A DNA stretch of 63,684 bases, counting the filler, from Choristocarpus tenellus KU-1152 (Eukaryota > Protista > Phaeophyceae), in NCBI GenBank assembly GCA_964200185.2. It is 8 parts of 8 records of this genome, joined end to end, with 100 filler letters (N's around TTAATTAATTAA, not from the genome) between each part and the next. Parts side by side here need not be neighbours in the genome. Positions count along the whole stretch, not along the records: positions 46,346 to 61,040 come from CAXNAD020001135.1; positions 61,141 to 63,684 come from CAXNAD020026897.1; 6 more parts are not named here. One strand, 5' to 3'. The notes beneath the pieces were generated by a model. That model was not told where the DNA came from. It worked only from the letters and a program-made list of their open reading frames with translations, and did not search any database. Both the position numbers and the translations under genes were made by a program. This document shows, piece after piece, positions 48,695 to 62,507 of this stretch (positions are counted from its first letter, which is position 1; each line of letters opens with the position of its first letter).

Positions 48695-49775
48695 TCGAGG
48701 TCCTACCGACTCTCTTCAAACCGGAGAGAATACTCCGTATTCACCTCAACATTTAGGATTTCTTAGTAGTTTCCTACGTCCGCCTGGATTCTTTTCTTTT
48801 CCCACTTGGGTTTGTGATCTTCATGCGGCATCTGAAGGGTTTCCTTCTTCTTGGCCTCGTTGTCTCCGTTGATGTGATGGCATCTGTGGCTCTGAGGGAA
48901 CCATCATCCTTCATTGTTGTACAACGAGTGGTCTCTGACCGCCACATCATCCACCCATAGTCGTAAATGAGTGGTTTTTGACCTCCATGGTATAGACGTT
49001 ACCTAGGTAGTTCTTCCTCGCCATTCGTACACTCACATTCCCGATCTGTTTTTCGTGTGTCACGCATTTCTTTTACTTCACAGGTTCCGCTGGGAAACAG
49101 TGATTCGGAGAGGTTTCTGCCCAGGGCCAGACTTGCGAGAACTCTTGCAGCAGTCGTGACGGCTCAACGTGTTTATGCATCGCGTCCACGCATCAATAAC
49201 TTCACCCCTTTCGACACCGAGCTCCTTGAAAACTCTTGTCTTACTTTCTTAGGACACACAGCGGTCCTTTCAGATGCTTCGTCTGCAATCGACATCCCAT
49301 GCATCAAAGGGCAGCTCTTACAGGTCCATTGAGACGACGCTATGGCAACTGAGCGGGTCCATATTTCAGTGAGAGAATGCACCCTTTTTGGATGGTCAGC
49401 TGAAAATCGTGGTAAAGGTTGCCATGTATTATTTTTTTTTAAGAGAGAGAAAGGTGTGACGTGGAAGGCTGCAGCCATCGCCTAGTTTTCCACTATTGAG
49501 CGTATACGGTAGACTTCCGGATACCTCATATATGTAAAGCTCTTTTGGGGGGGGGTATATAGGTGAAGATCAACTCATTGATTTATATCAACAAGACCAA
49601 CTGTCCTACCCAAAGTCCTACCCATATCAAATTATCCTCTATTCTCTAATATATTATATATTGTATTTTTTCTTTACAGATTAGAAGTCAAATTCACCCA
49701 CAAGGATTTTCGCAGAGTAATTATTTGGGGAACGAGATGGTAAACCGTCGAATTAAACCATGACAATGTGTTTCG

Positions 49776-50170
49776 TGTGATTCTGTGGTGGCGTGGTTCA
49801 CTCAGGTAAGGGTAGTGAAGATAATCACCGGGCAAGACGGACTAGACGAACAAAGACGAACTGTAACCGAGGGTACAAGGTTAAGGTTGGACAAGTGCAA
49901 ATTGAGGAGTGATGAGCATCATCAAAGGTGAGGCTTCATCACCACCAGTTAAGACGTGAGAACAAAGTGTATCTTCCCTGTGTGACAACTCTGAATGACG
50001 AGCTGTCCCAAGTCTGTGGGATTGGTCACATGAAGAGATTCCATGGTTTCATTCTGACAGAAAGTCCGCCAGTGGAATCATGGATGCTTGACTGGGAACC
50101 TCAATCGGTACACAGGCACAACGGTACAACGGTATAACGTTATATGGCATACGGCAATAATGGTGTAACA
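49776..50170 (+). repeat. repeat family D
   Basis: tgtgattctgtgg...ggtgtaaca. Confidence 0.8.
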
Positions 50171-50851
50171 ATAGATAAACATGCTTTCCACATCACCCCA
50201 TCTTCTGATCGGCCTTAAAGCCATGTAAGCATCATTCAAGGTCAACCAAAAAGTGAGCTCTGAGAGCGAAATGGGAAACATGTGTGACTGCTAGTATACT
50301 ATTGCACCACTGTATTACACGACTCCATTAATACGAAATGAAGTATAAACTAGAAAACGAGGCACACAATGAATATCTGATTAGGATAATATTGGCCTAA
50401 GGTTGATGGTGTGTGGTCAGCACACCAATCAAGCTTACGAGGTCTGAGAGTATGGGATCAGCCTATCAATCAGCCTAAAGACGAGAAGAGAGGTATATGT
50501 GGCCAGCATATAGGGTCGCTAGTATCTTGTACAAAACAGAGGATACACTCAGAATGGGGAGACGAGGAGCAAACATTATATACGATGCCAACAAAACGAT
50601 TTGACTAGTGTTTGTGATTTGACAATGCTATACGGGTGTTATATGATGATTTGATCACCACTCCGATGCGTGAAAACAACATTGTGTGTTACATGATCAA
50701 ATCAACACAGCAAACGAAGAGATCAAATGTGTGCACCCATTCTCCTTCCTCAATTCTGACTTCGATTGGAATATTGTTCACGACGACTCCAATATTCCAA
50801 GTGGACAACTCGGACGTACGATGTTAGTGGCTCAATTCTCCTAAAACGATA

Positions 50852-51070
50852 CGAGGTGACTGTTCAGTCATTACATCATGTCAGGGGAATCATGCCACAC
50901 GAAAAAAAAAAGAGTAACACGTATGGCTCACCTGAAGTCTCCATCCCTTACCTGGTGGTAGACTTGAATCTTCATTTCTTTTTCTCTTTTAGGATGGGAT
51001 TAGTCATTTCATGATGATCAATATATTCATTTCATAAAAGCGTGACATGATGTAATGAACAGCCACCTTT
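50852..51070. mobile_element. small inverted-repeat element, possibly a mariner-type MITE
   Basis: TA|cgaggtgactgttcagtcattacatcatgtca versus tgacatgatgtaatgaacagccacct. Confidence 0.45.
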
Positions 51071-51945
51071 AGGACACAAGTGCTATTATATCAATGTGCC
51101 CGGTGATAACGCGGTCTCTTCACCATCGCATGTGTCCACTCATGCAAACGAGGAGAGTTGAGAGATAAAATTAATTATAAATTAATTTATCTAAACCCAC
51201 CAACATTTATGTAGTCTATTTGCAAGGATCGACAAACCTGGTAAACACGAGATGCCACGACAGAGCTGGTTGTGAACAGGTTAACTGACATCTGATACCA
51301 GTTATCTCGTCTCTTCACAAAACCATAGACTATACCCATCAATGACAAAATGACACACAAACGATTTGTCTATACTAGATGGACAACCTATGTAAAGGAT
51401 TATCGTATGTGGGTGTGCAAACTACCTTGGGAGGTAATGCTATTTGTTAGTAGTGAAGACAAGAAGGTGTGAAGCCTCACACGACCCCCTTTGCCCAACG
51501 TGATTACATGGTTGAATTTGGAAGAGTGACCTTGTGTGGTCTCTTCTCATTGCTTGTTTATTATTTATTTGTGCTTCCTATCTAAGTCAACGGTTATGTC
51601 AAAGTAGTTGAATGCGGAATAAATACCAATACATAATCCCATACATTATTCGGATGTNNNNNNNNACATGGACTCAATTCAACACAATAATCTCATATGC
51701 ACAAAATAAGGTACACTTCACTATTGTCCTATTTTGCACACTCCCCCATGAGAGTGCAGGCAATGAAAAGTTGCTGGAACTCTCAAACCTAAAACATCTT
51801 ATTGTGTACACTCCCCATTCTGCATGCTTGCCATGAAAATGGAAGTAAAAGACGTCATATTGGTTCCATTCTCACACCATCACATTTATCTTGTCAATGC
51901 AATAAAAGAACACTGATTGCTTGAACTCAAACATACGTCATTCAT

Positions 51946-52173
51946 CTAGTCAACACAGTGTCTACGAAGTCTTGTACCTGCTTCTTTAGATGCACCAACA
52001 CAGTGATGTACAATCGTGTCCCATGATGACCTCTCGCTTAGTTTATGGTTAAAATTTGAACCAGTCCCCTTCTGCTGTTTCTCTTGTTGGATGTAGCACT
52101 CACTCCCCCAGACTTGAAGCCTATCATAATTGAATGTCTTGTACATCCTCTTCTTGAGTGAAGTCCTGTGCAA
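51946..52173 (-). pseudogene. Ty1/copia post-integrase remnant
   Basis: YDRLQVWGSECYI...HKLSER resembles the L.VWG..CY...KL..R copia motif. Single short motif only. Confidence 0.45.
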
Positions 52174-52827
52174 CCAAACCTTCCTCGCCAGGGTGCCTCT
52201 GATAGGGAAGATGGTTCTTGATGGTCTGGAGTAGATTTTATTTACCCTTCAGACTTACAAATCTTGTAGAGGCAGCCCTTTGCTGACAAGCTTCCTCTGG
52301 TTTTCATTTCTGACTCCAACCCTGGTCCAGCTAATTCCTCCGCCTGTTAAGATGGTGTTGCTCTCCTCTGGCGAATATCGATCTAAAGGTTTCCTTCATC
52401 TCCACAGTTGTAGCATATTCCTTCAAAAGAATAAGGACCAATATGCTTGATTAGTCCACAGTTTAAACATCTTCTGTTGGTCCTGATCTCGTTTTTGGTA
52501 GGGGATCTTGTTGTAATATGGTCCGTACGTTGACCAGTTGTACCTTGGCCGCCTCATCCGCTGACCTTCTGTGTTCCCTTCCATGAGTTTATGGTCCCAG
52601 CGGCTAGAGTGCTACCAGGCTCCCCACGGTTAGTTCCTCCTTTCCTTTCTGGTGGAGGGCTTAGTTACTGCTCCTGCTAATGTCCTGTTCCGCTAGTGGC
52701 AGGTACAGCAATTGCTTTTCTCATTCCGTAAGCAAGAATCTTGGGATCTCCAATCGATGGGCGTGCCTCCTCCAGGGACAAGTGTTGTGACTACTGCTCT
52801 AGGTCCATAGGCAGATTAGAAGGTAAC

Positions 52828-52929
<102 letters not shown>

Positions 52930-54509
52930 CCTCGATTAACTCCGTCACCTTGTCCCAGGGTCCCACTGCTCAATATTCGGCATGGCATACCAGGTACCCA
53001 AAGTATCTTCTTGACCTCCAGTTCTTGCTTGTTCTCGACCATATCTCATGTCTCCTTAGCCTCCAGCTTCCATTTGTGTCGAAGGTGCAGGTCCACGTTG
53101 TTGGGATGACGATGATGATAATATTGCCCGTTTCAGCTTCCTGTAGCTTATATCAGGCAATAGAAAATACGAATTTTGAGCAAATTTGCAACATCCTTCA
53201 AATAGGTACCTCGTTTATTTTGACTCTGACTTTCTTTGTTATCAGCGGAGGAGAACGAGCGTTCCGATGCAGCTGAAGTGACCTCTGATATCCAGTGCTT
53301 CCTTCAATGCCAACTTTCTCAACTTAATAAATACTCCGCCTTTGCCTCCCATCATTTGAGTGGACCACCAACCTTCTCCACCACGTCCGCATCCATTGGT
53401 TGCATACCATGGTATGGTTCAAGATGGTATTGAAGTTTATCCTCATAGGCAACCTCCAACCGTGCCGTGATGTGGGCACTTTCCCCACCTCTATCCCTGA
53501 AGGAGGGCACCCCATTGCTCCAATGGTGTGATATCTTGGTTGCCTCCTTGAGCACAGTTTAGTCGTGCTGAGCTGCGGGTTGTTTTCATACCTTCAGAAG
53601 ATGTCTCTCCCCCCTCACCCACATTCCTTTTGCCTGAGCTTCCTTCTCCTCCTCCTCTAACAGATTCACGGGGTTATAAAGGTCATGCCTAGCGAGCATT
53701 TCACAGAGTTGAGTTGATTTTGCTCAGTCACCATCTTCTTGACACCTCAGTTTCGATAAAGGGCCAGTACCATTACAGGGAAGGAATGGATGAGCTTAGA
53801 TCACCTATATTTTCATATCCATATTATTTGTAGTTTGGGAAAGCAAGCAGCCTCTATTTACTGTCAATCAGAAAATCACTGTAGTGTTTCTTTGGAGTAA
53901 TATAACATAATAATACCTACTCATCCCTCTTCGCCATATCCGCACAGAAGTGGCTATATGCTATGTCTCAATTCTCACGACGCAACCCTGACTGCAGATG
54001 GCACAATGGTCGCCACTCCCACCCTGTCTACGGGCTTGGCCTTTCCTTGTTATCGCCCATGAAGGGGAGTTTTTGGAGAATGAGATCTTGTCCTGCCCAG
54101 GGTAGGGCACAAATATATGTATCAACTATTTGACGGACGACTTGGCTTACAACTTCTTTCATTTTAAGGTTGGAGATCTAGAGCGACTGAAGCGGGCTCT
54201 AGATACTCTGGCAGAGACAATACTGGGTAACAGGAACAAGTACAATGGCAACTAATGGGTGGAATTTGCTGATAGTAGATAGGTGTGTAGGTAAATGGTG
54301 ATATTTTTTTTATACCTTTTGAAATTTGCGGATGTGTGAGGGGCGGGGGAAGACCAAAGTCAAAAATAAATGAGAAGCACTACTATACACACAACAGTTG
54401 TTATCAATATTAAGACACCTCCTAGAAATATATCCCATTTAAAGACAAACAATTTAACAGTGTCCCCTTCACCATTGTTCTCCATTAAGTAATGTGTACA
54501 TTGCTATGC

Positions 54510-54620
54510 TCCTAATCTAGACCGGCGAAGGTGAGCGAAGAGCTAGGAAGGTATGCCAAGAATCTGTCAGGCCCCTCCTTGCCCACCTGCCGGTGTCTCT
54601 AGCTTGAAATTCATGATGCC
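54510..54620 (-). mobile_element. CRE-type LINE 3' end
   Basis: Matches 13893-14015. Confidence 0.5.
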
Positions 54621-54884
54621 TCTTGAGAGAGTAATTTGGGTAGTGATGGACACACAATCTGTCTCGAACGAGACTTCAAAGCCCCTTTGCTGCAATACCC
54701 CCCAGCCCCTCTCCCCCCTACTGCATGGGTGGTCAACTCACCCAGAAAATTCTGTGCTTCCCTTACCAAGGCACCCAAAAAATTTCACCATGAAGGTGTT
54801 GAGAAAAATGCTACGAGGGGTCAAAAGGTCTCTAGTAGTGGGTGTAATATTTAACTGTATGGCATTGCACAAACTGATTTCATT

Positions 54885-55141
54885 GAGCCAAAGTATCTTA
54901 GGGGGTAGAGTCGCGTCCATTTGGGGCCAAAATCCAATGTTGCGATTTCATTGTAATTTTGGCTATCGTGTTTGTTAGGAAGCGTCAATATCCTTGTTCC
55001 AGACACACCTTTTCATATCATACATATTTTACCTACTCCGAAATGTCTTGGAGTAGGAAAATGTCATAAAAACTCTAAGGGAAGCCAAGCCCCAAATGGA
55101 CAAACAGGGCAAAACTCATACCCTCTAAGATACTTTCACTC
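54885..55141 (+). mobile_element. MITE family A
   Basis: Complete TIRs; nearly identical to 28333-28590. Confidence 0.92.
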
Positions 55142-55435
55142 ATTCAGAATAACTACTTTACCCTCCGAGTCATGTTAATTCTACAAGAAACGATCGCAGG
55201 TGGTAAGGGAATCCTTATCCAAGCCGACCAAGGTGGGAAAGACTACTTCAACAGGGGAGTGAAGTGTATCTGTAAAAGTTCTAATGATGATGGTGTTACA
55301 ACATAGGCTACTCATTCGATTTGCTTTGATACGATACAGCATCATCAGTCCATACTGAACGTTGATTTGTCCATTGCCAAAAAAAAAGAAAAAAGGACAA
55401 TGGTCGCTATTCCCAATGATATCATTTGCTCATTA

Positions 55436-56727
55436 TAGTGTTGACTGTTGCCTCTAGGATGAGACCAGTCTTGACCTTTTTTAAAGGGTTGCCCAACGAG
55501 TTAAACGACGATAAGTATATCAAATGAAAGCTCTGGATCTAAGCTATCACTGGTAAAAAGCCATTTATTCGGAGTCTTTTTTTGGTAAGATAAAATTTTA
55601 ACCGAATGTTTTCGGCACAACCTTGGAAATGTTCCGGAATGAATTATCGCGACCAAATATATATTTTCCGAAAGGATTACTTTACACCAGTCGATAGCTT
55701 AGATCCAAAGCCTTCATTTGATATGATCATTGCCGATTAACTCGTTGGGCAACCGTTTCAAAAAAGTCAAGATTGGTCACCGAGCAAAAGTATCTTAGAG
55801 GGTAGAGCCGCGTCCATTTGGGGGCCAAAGTCGAATGTTGCNNNNNNNNNNTAAGCATTTTGGAGTAGGAAAATGTCACTAAAGAACTCATGAGAAGCCA
55901 AGCCCCAAATGGACAAACAAGGCAAAACTCGTACCCTCTAAGATACTTTCGCGGTGCCGCCAAAACGGTACGTGGGCTAACCTCGGCTTAATACTGTTTA
56001 AGCTGCTCAAAGGACACGATTCTGGTTGAGCGTCTTGGAGAACACTGCTTGATGCTTCCAAAGTACCACTGTGAATGGAACCCAATAGAAATGGTCTGGG
56101 AGCGGGCGAAGCACCATGTATGAGACCACTGTGACTACACCTTGCCTGGAATGAGAGCCAACATTCCCGTCATTCTTAAGGCGAAAAGGGGGCTGTCCAG
56201 AGTAATTGTGGAGAGGTCCTTCAGGTTGAGTATTGCTTACCACCTGATATATTCTAATGAGAAAGGCATGGAGTGCACCAAATTGGACAGGGTGTACAAG
56301 ATATTTAAGTCTTGCAGGAGGCCAGCACCTTCAGAATACCTCATTTGACTTGGCATGGGTTGTCTGATTCAGAGACCTGGACCCCCATGAGTGAGCCTTA
56401 GCCAGCAGGTGACAACATCGCATAAACGGGAAATAATGGAAAGAGAACGGAGAGGCAACAACGCCCATGTTCCCCGGGTGAAGATAGCCTCTTCTGGTGT
56501 CAAAATCGTTCTTAAATGAACCGTTCGCGTGCAAATCGTGCGCACGGACTACTTGATTTAAGTATGGTCCTTTGTTTCTCATGATTACTGCAAGTTGGCC
56601 GACCAACACCAATCCAATAAGGTTAAGCATGCTGATGCGATTACAGCAAACGAGTTTTCATGAAAAAAAACGTTGATCAAACGTTATGGCACGATAAAGT
56701 TGATGCAGGAGGCGACTGCCAACACTG
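55436..56727 (+). mobile_element. Tc1/IS630-like deletion derivative with internal palindrome, nested MITE A and transposase C-terminus
   Basis: TA|tagtgttgactgttgcctc ... gaggcgactgccaacactg|TA. 56020-56348 reads VERLGEHCLMLPKYHCEWNPIEMVWERAKHHV*DHCDYTL...FKSCRRP. Confidence 0.8.
55782..55954 (+). mobile_element. MITE family A (contains an assembly gap)
   Basis: gagcaaaagtatcttagaggg...taccctctaagatactttc. Confidence 0.85.
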
Positions 56728-56729
56728 TA

Positions 56730-57130
56730 TGCTCACCAATTCTGGATTCTGGATTATTATTATTTTTCCTCTCTGTTTGCAATCCACCTATTCCCCCTTC
56801 CCTCCCCATTCGACACCCACTTATGACCACCCAGAGCGACCTCTTCACCACTGATTTCCCGTCCTCCCCCCCCTTTGCGATGGCCAACCAATGCGAACCC
56901 CCTTCACCACTGATTTCCAGTCACCCTCCACATCTGATGATCAACCAGTGCGAACCCCCTTCGCCACTGATTTCCAGTCACCCCCCCCACCCTTCAACCC
57001 CACTCAATCCCACACAAGTTGCCACTCCACTCAACCCCGCACCAGTTACCCCTCCACTCAACTCCACCCCACTTACCACTCCACCTCACCATTCAACCCC
57101 ACTCAATCCCACACCACTCAACACCACTAC
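56730..57130 (+). repeat. family F copy with three roughly 57-bp tandem units and ccactcaa-rich repeats
   Basis: gatg.ccaacca.tgcgaacccc.ttc.ccactgatttcc recurs three times at 56822-56990. Confidence 0.65.
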
Positions 57131-60100
57131 ACAATCATCCAAGAACACCACGCCATCATCCACTTCATGCCATGCCTTTGAGCTAGAAGACATCTACCCC
57201 GCCTGAACTTGACCTCCCCTCCCTTTACCCAACATCCCCATCGGTCGTGAGCAAGCGACAGGGTGGGTGGGCGAGAAAGCTGCTCAGAGGTTGTCTTGTC
57301 CTACCCCTCCTCGTCCTGCACCACCAGCCCTAGGTACTCTTTTCAAAACTGTCCACTCCTTCTTACCTTGTGCCTCCATCTATCACTCATTTATTTTACT
57401 TCTCTCCTCCCTCTCCTAGCCACTCAGTACTTAACTCCTCGTTCACACTCTTGCTAATTCTTACTTTCTCACTGTCCTCTCCCTTCCCCTGTGCCCCCCT
57501 CCAACCAGAATTCTTTCACCCACAAAACTCAGATACTTCATAAACTTTCTCTTTTTTCACACTGGTCTGACACAAACTCAGCGTAATGTGAAGGCAATGA
57601 GAATGATGATCAATGATAAAACTATTTTTGGTCAATGCCTTCTGATGTTAAATGACCCATTGGGGCATGCGCTGTCACTTGTGCCCTGATATGCCTTAGA
57701 GTTCATCTTTTTGAAAGAAAGAGTGTTTACGAAGTGCCATCAACATGCGCATGACTTGTATCATCCACTCACTCATGCGTGATAACCCTAACCCATTACA
57801 ATTTGATGAGTCTGCAAACAGTTGGTAATGGAGAGAGCACAAGCTCAGTACATGTCAATCTTATAGTACTACCTAAAATTTGTCTGTGCCAAACATCTCA
57901 GAGCAAAAGCAGTCAAAACACTCGATCTTGTTCCTATGAAGCAACAGTACGTGGGCAAAATATGTATTATCAGTCCACTCTCTTGACCCGTTGCCTCCAA
58001 CTCGAGAAAATGTTGTGTCCATGAAACATTTATTTGGAGGGTAAGAGGACTATTTTGAGTCAAATCAACTGAGAGGTAGGCAGGGTTGCGTCTTAAGGAT
58101 CCCATCAAAGGACAAAAATATACTCTTTTGTACCGTTATTGTAGAAAGAGCCCTTGCAGGTTGTGGTGTCACATTGTCTGTAGAATGGAGGAATGTCAAT
58201 TTTGCGTACACTACAGTGCACATAAGGCAGAGAGATGGAGCGTATTGCACAGGGCAAGGAAGGTGGTTGAGAATGCGCAAGGCCTCAAGCTTGCCTACCT
58301 CTCAATTGGTTTGAATCTTTACTGCCTCCACCTAAGCAGCCCCCAAAGTGCCAGACAGGATGAAGTCGTAACTTTTTGGCAACAAGGCTGAGTCGTCGAG
58401 ACATTGATGGGCGACTTGTTATCATGGTGATGATGATCTCATCCCTCTTCTTCCCGTACTGAGGAGTGTGGGATTCAAAGTACAACTTTCTCGTCTCATC
58501 ACCCCCATGTATCTGTGTCCGTGGTGCTGAACATGTTCCCTGTATTATGGCAGTCACACCGGTACCTGATCAGATTGAAATGAGGTAGTACCGGTCTAAG
58601 TACTGGTCTGACATCTGAATACGTGTACCTTTCCGATCATTTTGGTATATTGACAGGTCACACCTTGATAATGAGAACAGATGAAACATACCTTATGAAA
58701 CACATCATTTCAGTGAACCAAACATCCGACCTGATACAATATTGAGTGACCTTCCCCAAGTCCGTTCTTCAGTCTGTGATGTTGAGCATTGAGGCCGTTA
58801 CATAATCCCAACTAGGTACTCGAACTTGGAGCATGAAATGCTTTTCGCACATTTATGATCAAAGTGTACAAATAGGCACATGATGGAGGGTAAGCGACAA
58901 ATCCGTTCCTATCTCCCCTTGCTACAATGATGCATTTGCCCACCTTCAGGTGTGTGTGGATATTTTGAACCCAAATCACGAAGGCCTGAGAGACATACAT
59001 GTCTTGTTGGATGAAATCGTAAAATAATGGTTGCAACCCAAAACGACTTGCTCCCTACAACTCATATCGTAGCATTTTCTTTGCCCTTTGTAACTAGAAT
59101 TCTATGCGTCTCGGAATTACATGCACTCAGACGAGCATCCTGCGACAATTTGATCTTCCGCATGGCAAATGGAGGTATAATGAGTAAGTTCATGTTGTAC
59201 AAGTTGTACGTCAGTAGTACAGTAACAACAGTATATTGTAGTAGTATGGTAGATTGTTTCAATTTTTTTCGTCTTTTACTTTTCTTGCCTGGAGTCAGAG
59301 GTACTACGCACTTCACTCTACTTCTCATATAAACTGTTGCCCTACAACTAATTGCACATGCCTCCATTCATGCCTTACTTCTCCAGTGGTAGGTTCATAG
59401 CCATTGTACTATTGTAAACTGTAGCAGTTCAATTAACAAAATAACCGAACCGAAAATAGCGGTTCATATTTTCAAGAATCACAAAACGATCAGAAGTAAT
59501 GTGACTGAACGTGTTGGAGGTTACAAAACCACAAAACACAATACTAATTGTCATAACTAGGTGTCACTACCCATAACTCACTGCGCGTTCATGTATTCAG
59601 ATCTGCCTGCTGAGACCTGTCGAGACTGTGGAGGTCCTTGCCACCTGACCTGAAAGTTCGATCAAACAAATAATTGAAAATTTGTTACCCAATTTCAATT
59701 TCAACTACAATTTCTTTCACCCCGTAACACTGCAAATTTGGGAACGGCATTTTCTCATTACGTTTGGGGTCTTGGGATTCGTTTTCTCAAGTCTTGGATG
59801 AATCGTGCGCCATAGCCAGGCCGAAGGCACACGGTCACGTGCATTTGGCTGTCACGCCACTCCACATGCTAGGTACAGGAGAAATTCCATGTAGTGCATT
59901 TGGATAGATACAATACCTTTTTCTGTGCTCATTGTATCCGATATTGTACTATTTTCTGTGGTTATGTTTAGTGCATTCCTTACATGGTCTCTCGTTTTCA
60001 CCGGTCTCTATTGTCCCAATTTGTTGTGTTGTCTTCTCCCTTTCAATTTCCTTGCTTTCCCTACACGACAATGTGTGGTTTTTTTGAACTCGCACAACTA

Positions 60101-61040
60101 AAAAAATGGATTTTGTCTCGAGGGAGACAAGAAACAACAGACGAAGCAGAGAATGCAAAGAATGCAACAACAAGAACAGCAGAGTCTGTATTGGTTACAA
60201 CGAAGACAAATGTCCACTGTGCGTGCATCGTAGTACATGCAATAAGAATTCCTCTTGACTGTTATCAACTATATTATATATAGGCGTAAGTTAATTATAT
60301 AGGTTACCAGTTTTTGGTGGTGTTGGTTTGTCGATAAATGTACCAAAAAACTATTATTATGTTGTACATGAAGACCTCTACTTATTGCAGGCACGACAGA
60401 CTCTAATGCTGTTGTTGTATTCATTCAATTCTCTTCCTTGGGTCTTTTTTGCTTCTTGTCCTCTCCATGACTGTACACATACGCGTAAAATACCAGTGGG
60501 CAAAATATAAAGCGAAGTGGGGCCTTACAATACACCAACAGTAGTATTTTGAAAGCAAGAAATCAGCTCTGTCCACCCTACTAGGAATCTATAGTACAAT
60601 AAAATTCTATGTATTATACCTGAAAACACCCCAAAAACATTGGTGATACACATAGACACCTGAATTACTGCTGGACTTGCACTATAAATTATGAATTCAG
60701 AAGCAGGGGAAGAACTCCTTACGAGTCAATCAGGGCCTTCCTTGCCCACCAGCTTGGTGTCTCCTGCTTGAAACGCACGACACACTTTCGAAGTGCCACT
60801 GGTGCTACTTTGAACACAGTCTGTCACCGCTCCATTCCTGCTGACACAAGCAGGCCTTCTATCACCCACAATTTGAGTTGGCATGCATTTTTAACACGAA
60901 TCAGAAAGGAGATCACTAGCACTCATTTGTCATATATGGTAAGACCGCAACAAGCAGAAACAAAAGAAGAATGAGATTAGCGAGCTAACAATGGAGGAGC
61001 TATTTTATCCTAGAGGGAGGTTGGTTTAGGCCCTTCCAGT

Positions 61041-61140
61041 NNNNNNNNNNNNNNNNNNNNNNNNNNNNNNNNNNNNNNNNNNNNTTAATTAATTAANNNN
61101 NNNNNNNNNNNNNNNNNNNNNNNNNNNNNNNNNNNNNNNN
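61041..61140. other. artificial contig-joining spacer
   Basis: N44-TTAATTAATTAA-N44. Confidence 0.97.
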
Positions 61141-61212
61141 TCTTCCCCCCAAAAAAAAACACACCCCATGGGGGGGGAGAAAAAAAAAAAAAACACCCCC
61201 CTTTTTCCTTTT

Positions 61213-61251
<39 letters not shown>

Positions 61252-61253
61252 AC

Positions 61254-61401
61254 CCATGGCATCTACAGTTAATCTTGCCTCCAGGCTGTCCACCACACTG
61301 AGCACCCCACAGCAGTTAACATTGGGGGGAACTTTCCCAGCTGCCCAGTCCCTAATCTTCCCCTCTCCCTCCTGCACTCCAGCCCCCTCTTCAGCACGCT
61401 G
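61254..61401 (-). CDS. ACC1: acetyl-CoA carboxylase central domain, probable exon (donor uncertain: 61254, or a GC donor at 61279)
   Basis: ttattgcag acceptor in phase 0. QRAEEGAG...PPNVNCCGVLSVVDSLE lies where the G.M/L..F segment follows the regulatory loop. Confidence 0.45.
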
Positions 61402-62137
61402 CTGCAATAACAACCACAATACCGACCAATCACATAACAACCAACCATACCCGCCAATCACATCAGCATCAAAAAAGAACAATAAAAAACAAAGAGCAGG
61501 CGGTCAGAGACCAATTCTGTTCTCTTTATTATTATTACTATTATTGTTGTTGTGTTTGCCATCTTATAGATGAAGATTGGGTTAGGGTAGAACTTTGCAG
61601 ACACTGTTAACAACAGTAGTAGTTAATAGTAGAGGAAGAGCAATAAAGAGAACAAGGTGAAGTATGAAGTATCCCAACACTGTAAGAGTCAAGAACCAAC
61701 AACTCACTCTAGTCAAAAAACAACAGTCATCATGCACGGCATTTTGGAGGTGCTAGTAGACCATGCATGTGTAATAATAATAATAATAATAATAATGGAA
61801 ATAATTCCCCTCCCCCCAGGCAACACGCTAAAAACTACGCCCCAGGCACCGATAACCCCACCTTCCGAGCATTTGGTCTTAATGGACAGCTCTTTGGTTC
61901 TCAAATAGGATACATGGTGCACAACTATTATAAAAAATATGATAAAAAAATAAATAAAATAAAATAAAACCACAGGACCTCCTCCATTCGCTAGCCTTAA
62001 CGAATCACAACACAAGGCTCATTGTGTGCCTGCGTTATGTTCGTGCGTTACGTATGTGTTCATCCCAATAAGCAAGTAAAAACACAAACACTCATCACGC
62101 CATCCCATCACTGTACTCATTGTACTCTCTCTCCCAC

Positions 62138-62218
62138 CTCCAGCATGATGTCACTGTTTACTCGAGCGAAACTCCCTGAGCTGCTGATTCTAGAAAAGCT
62201 CGCCGTGCTCAGATTGTG
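62138..62218 (-). CDS. ACC1: acetyl-CoA carboxylase central domain, exon
   Basis: Poly-T plus aacag acceptor, HNLSTASFSRISSSGSFARVNSDIMLE, GAG|gtggga donor. Confidence 0.65.
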
Positions 62219-62507
62219 CTGTTAAAAAAAAAAAAAAGACAAGAAAGCAGCAAAAAGAAATTGAAAAAAATAAATAAATGAAAGTACACAGCAGAGAAAT
62301 TAAAAAAAAATGCAACAAAAGTAATAAATTACAAGAAAGAGAGACAGAGAGAGAGAAAAGAAAGAGAAAAGAGAGAAAGGGAGATAGATAGATGATAGAG
62401 AGAGACTGCAACCAAAAAAAAATAAAAATCCAACCAAGATACGCGCCACACAAACATAACGGTATATTCTCCAATTGAGAACACAAATAAAAAAGAGAAT
62501 AATGTAC

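Noticed and set aside
39469-50170. Hammerhead ribozyme / Penelope or retrozyme identity for families D and E
   Set aside because: No CTGANGA...GAAA core with flanking stems was found by eye.
56673-57206. 177-aa Pro/Thr-rich ORF
   Set aside because: Built from tandem repeats of family F and starts inside a transposon end.
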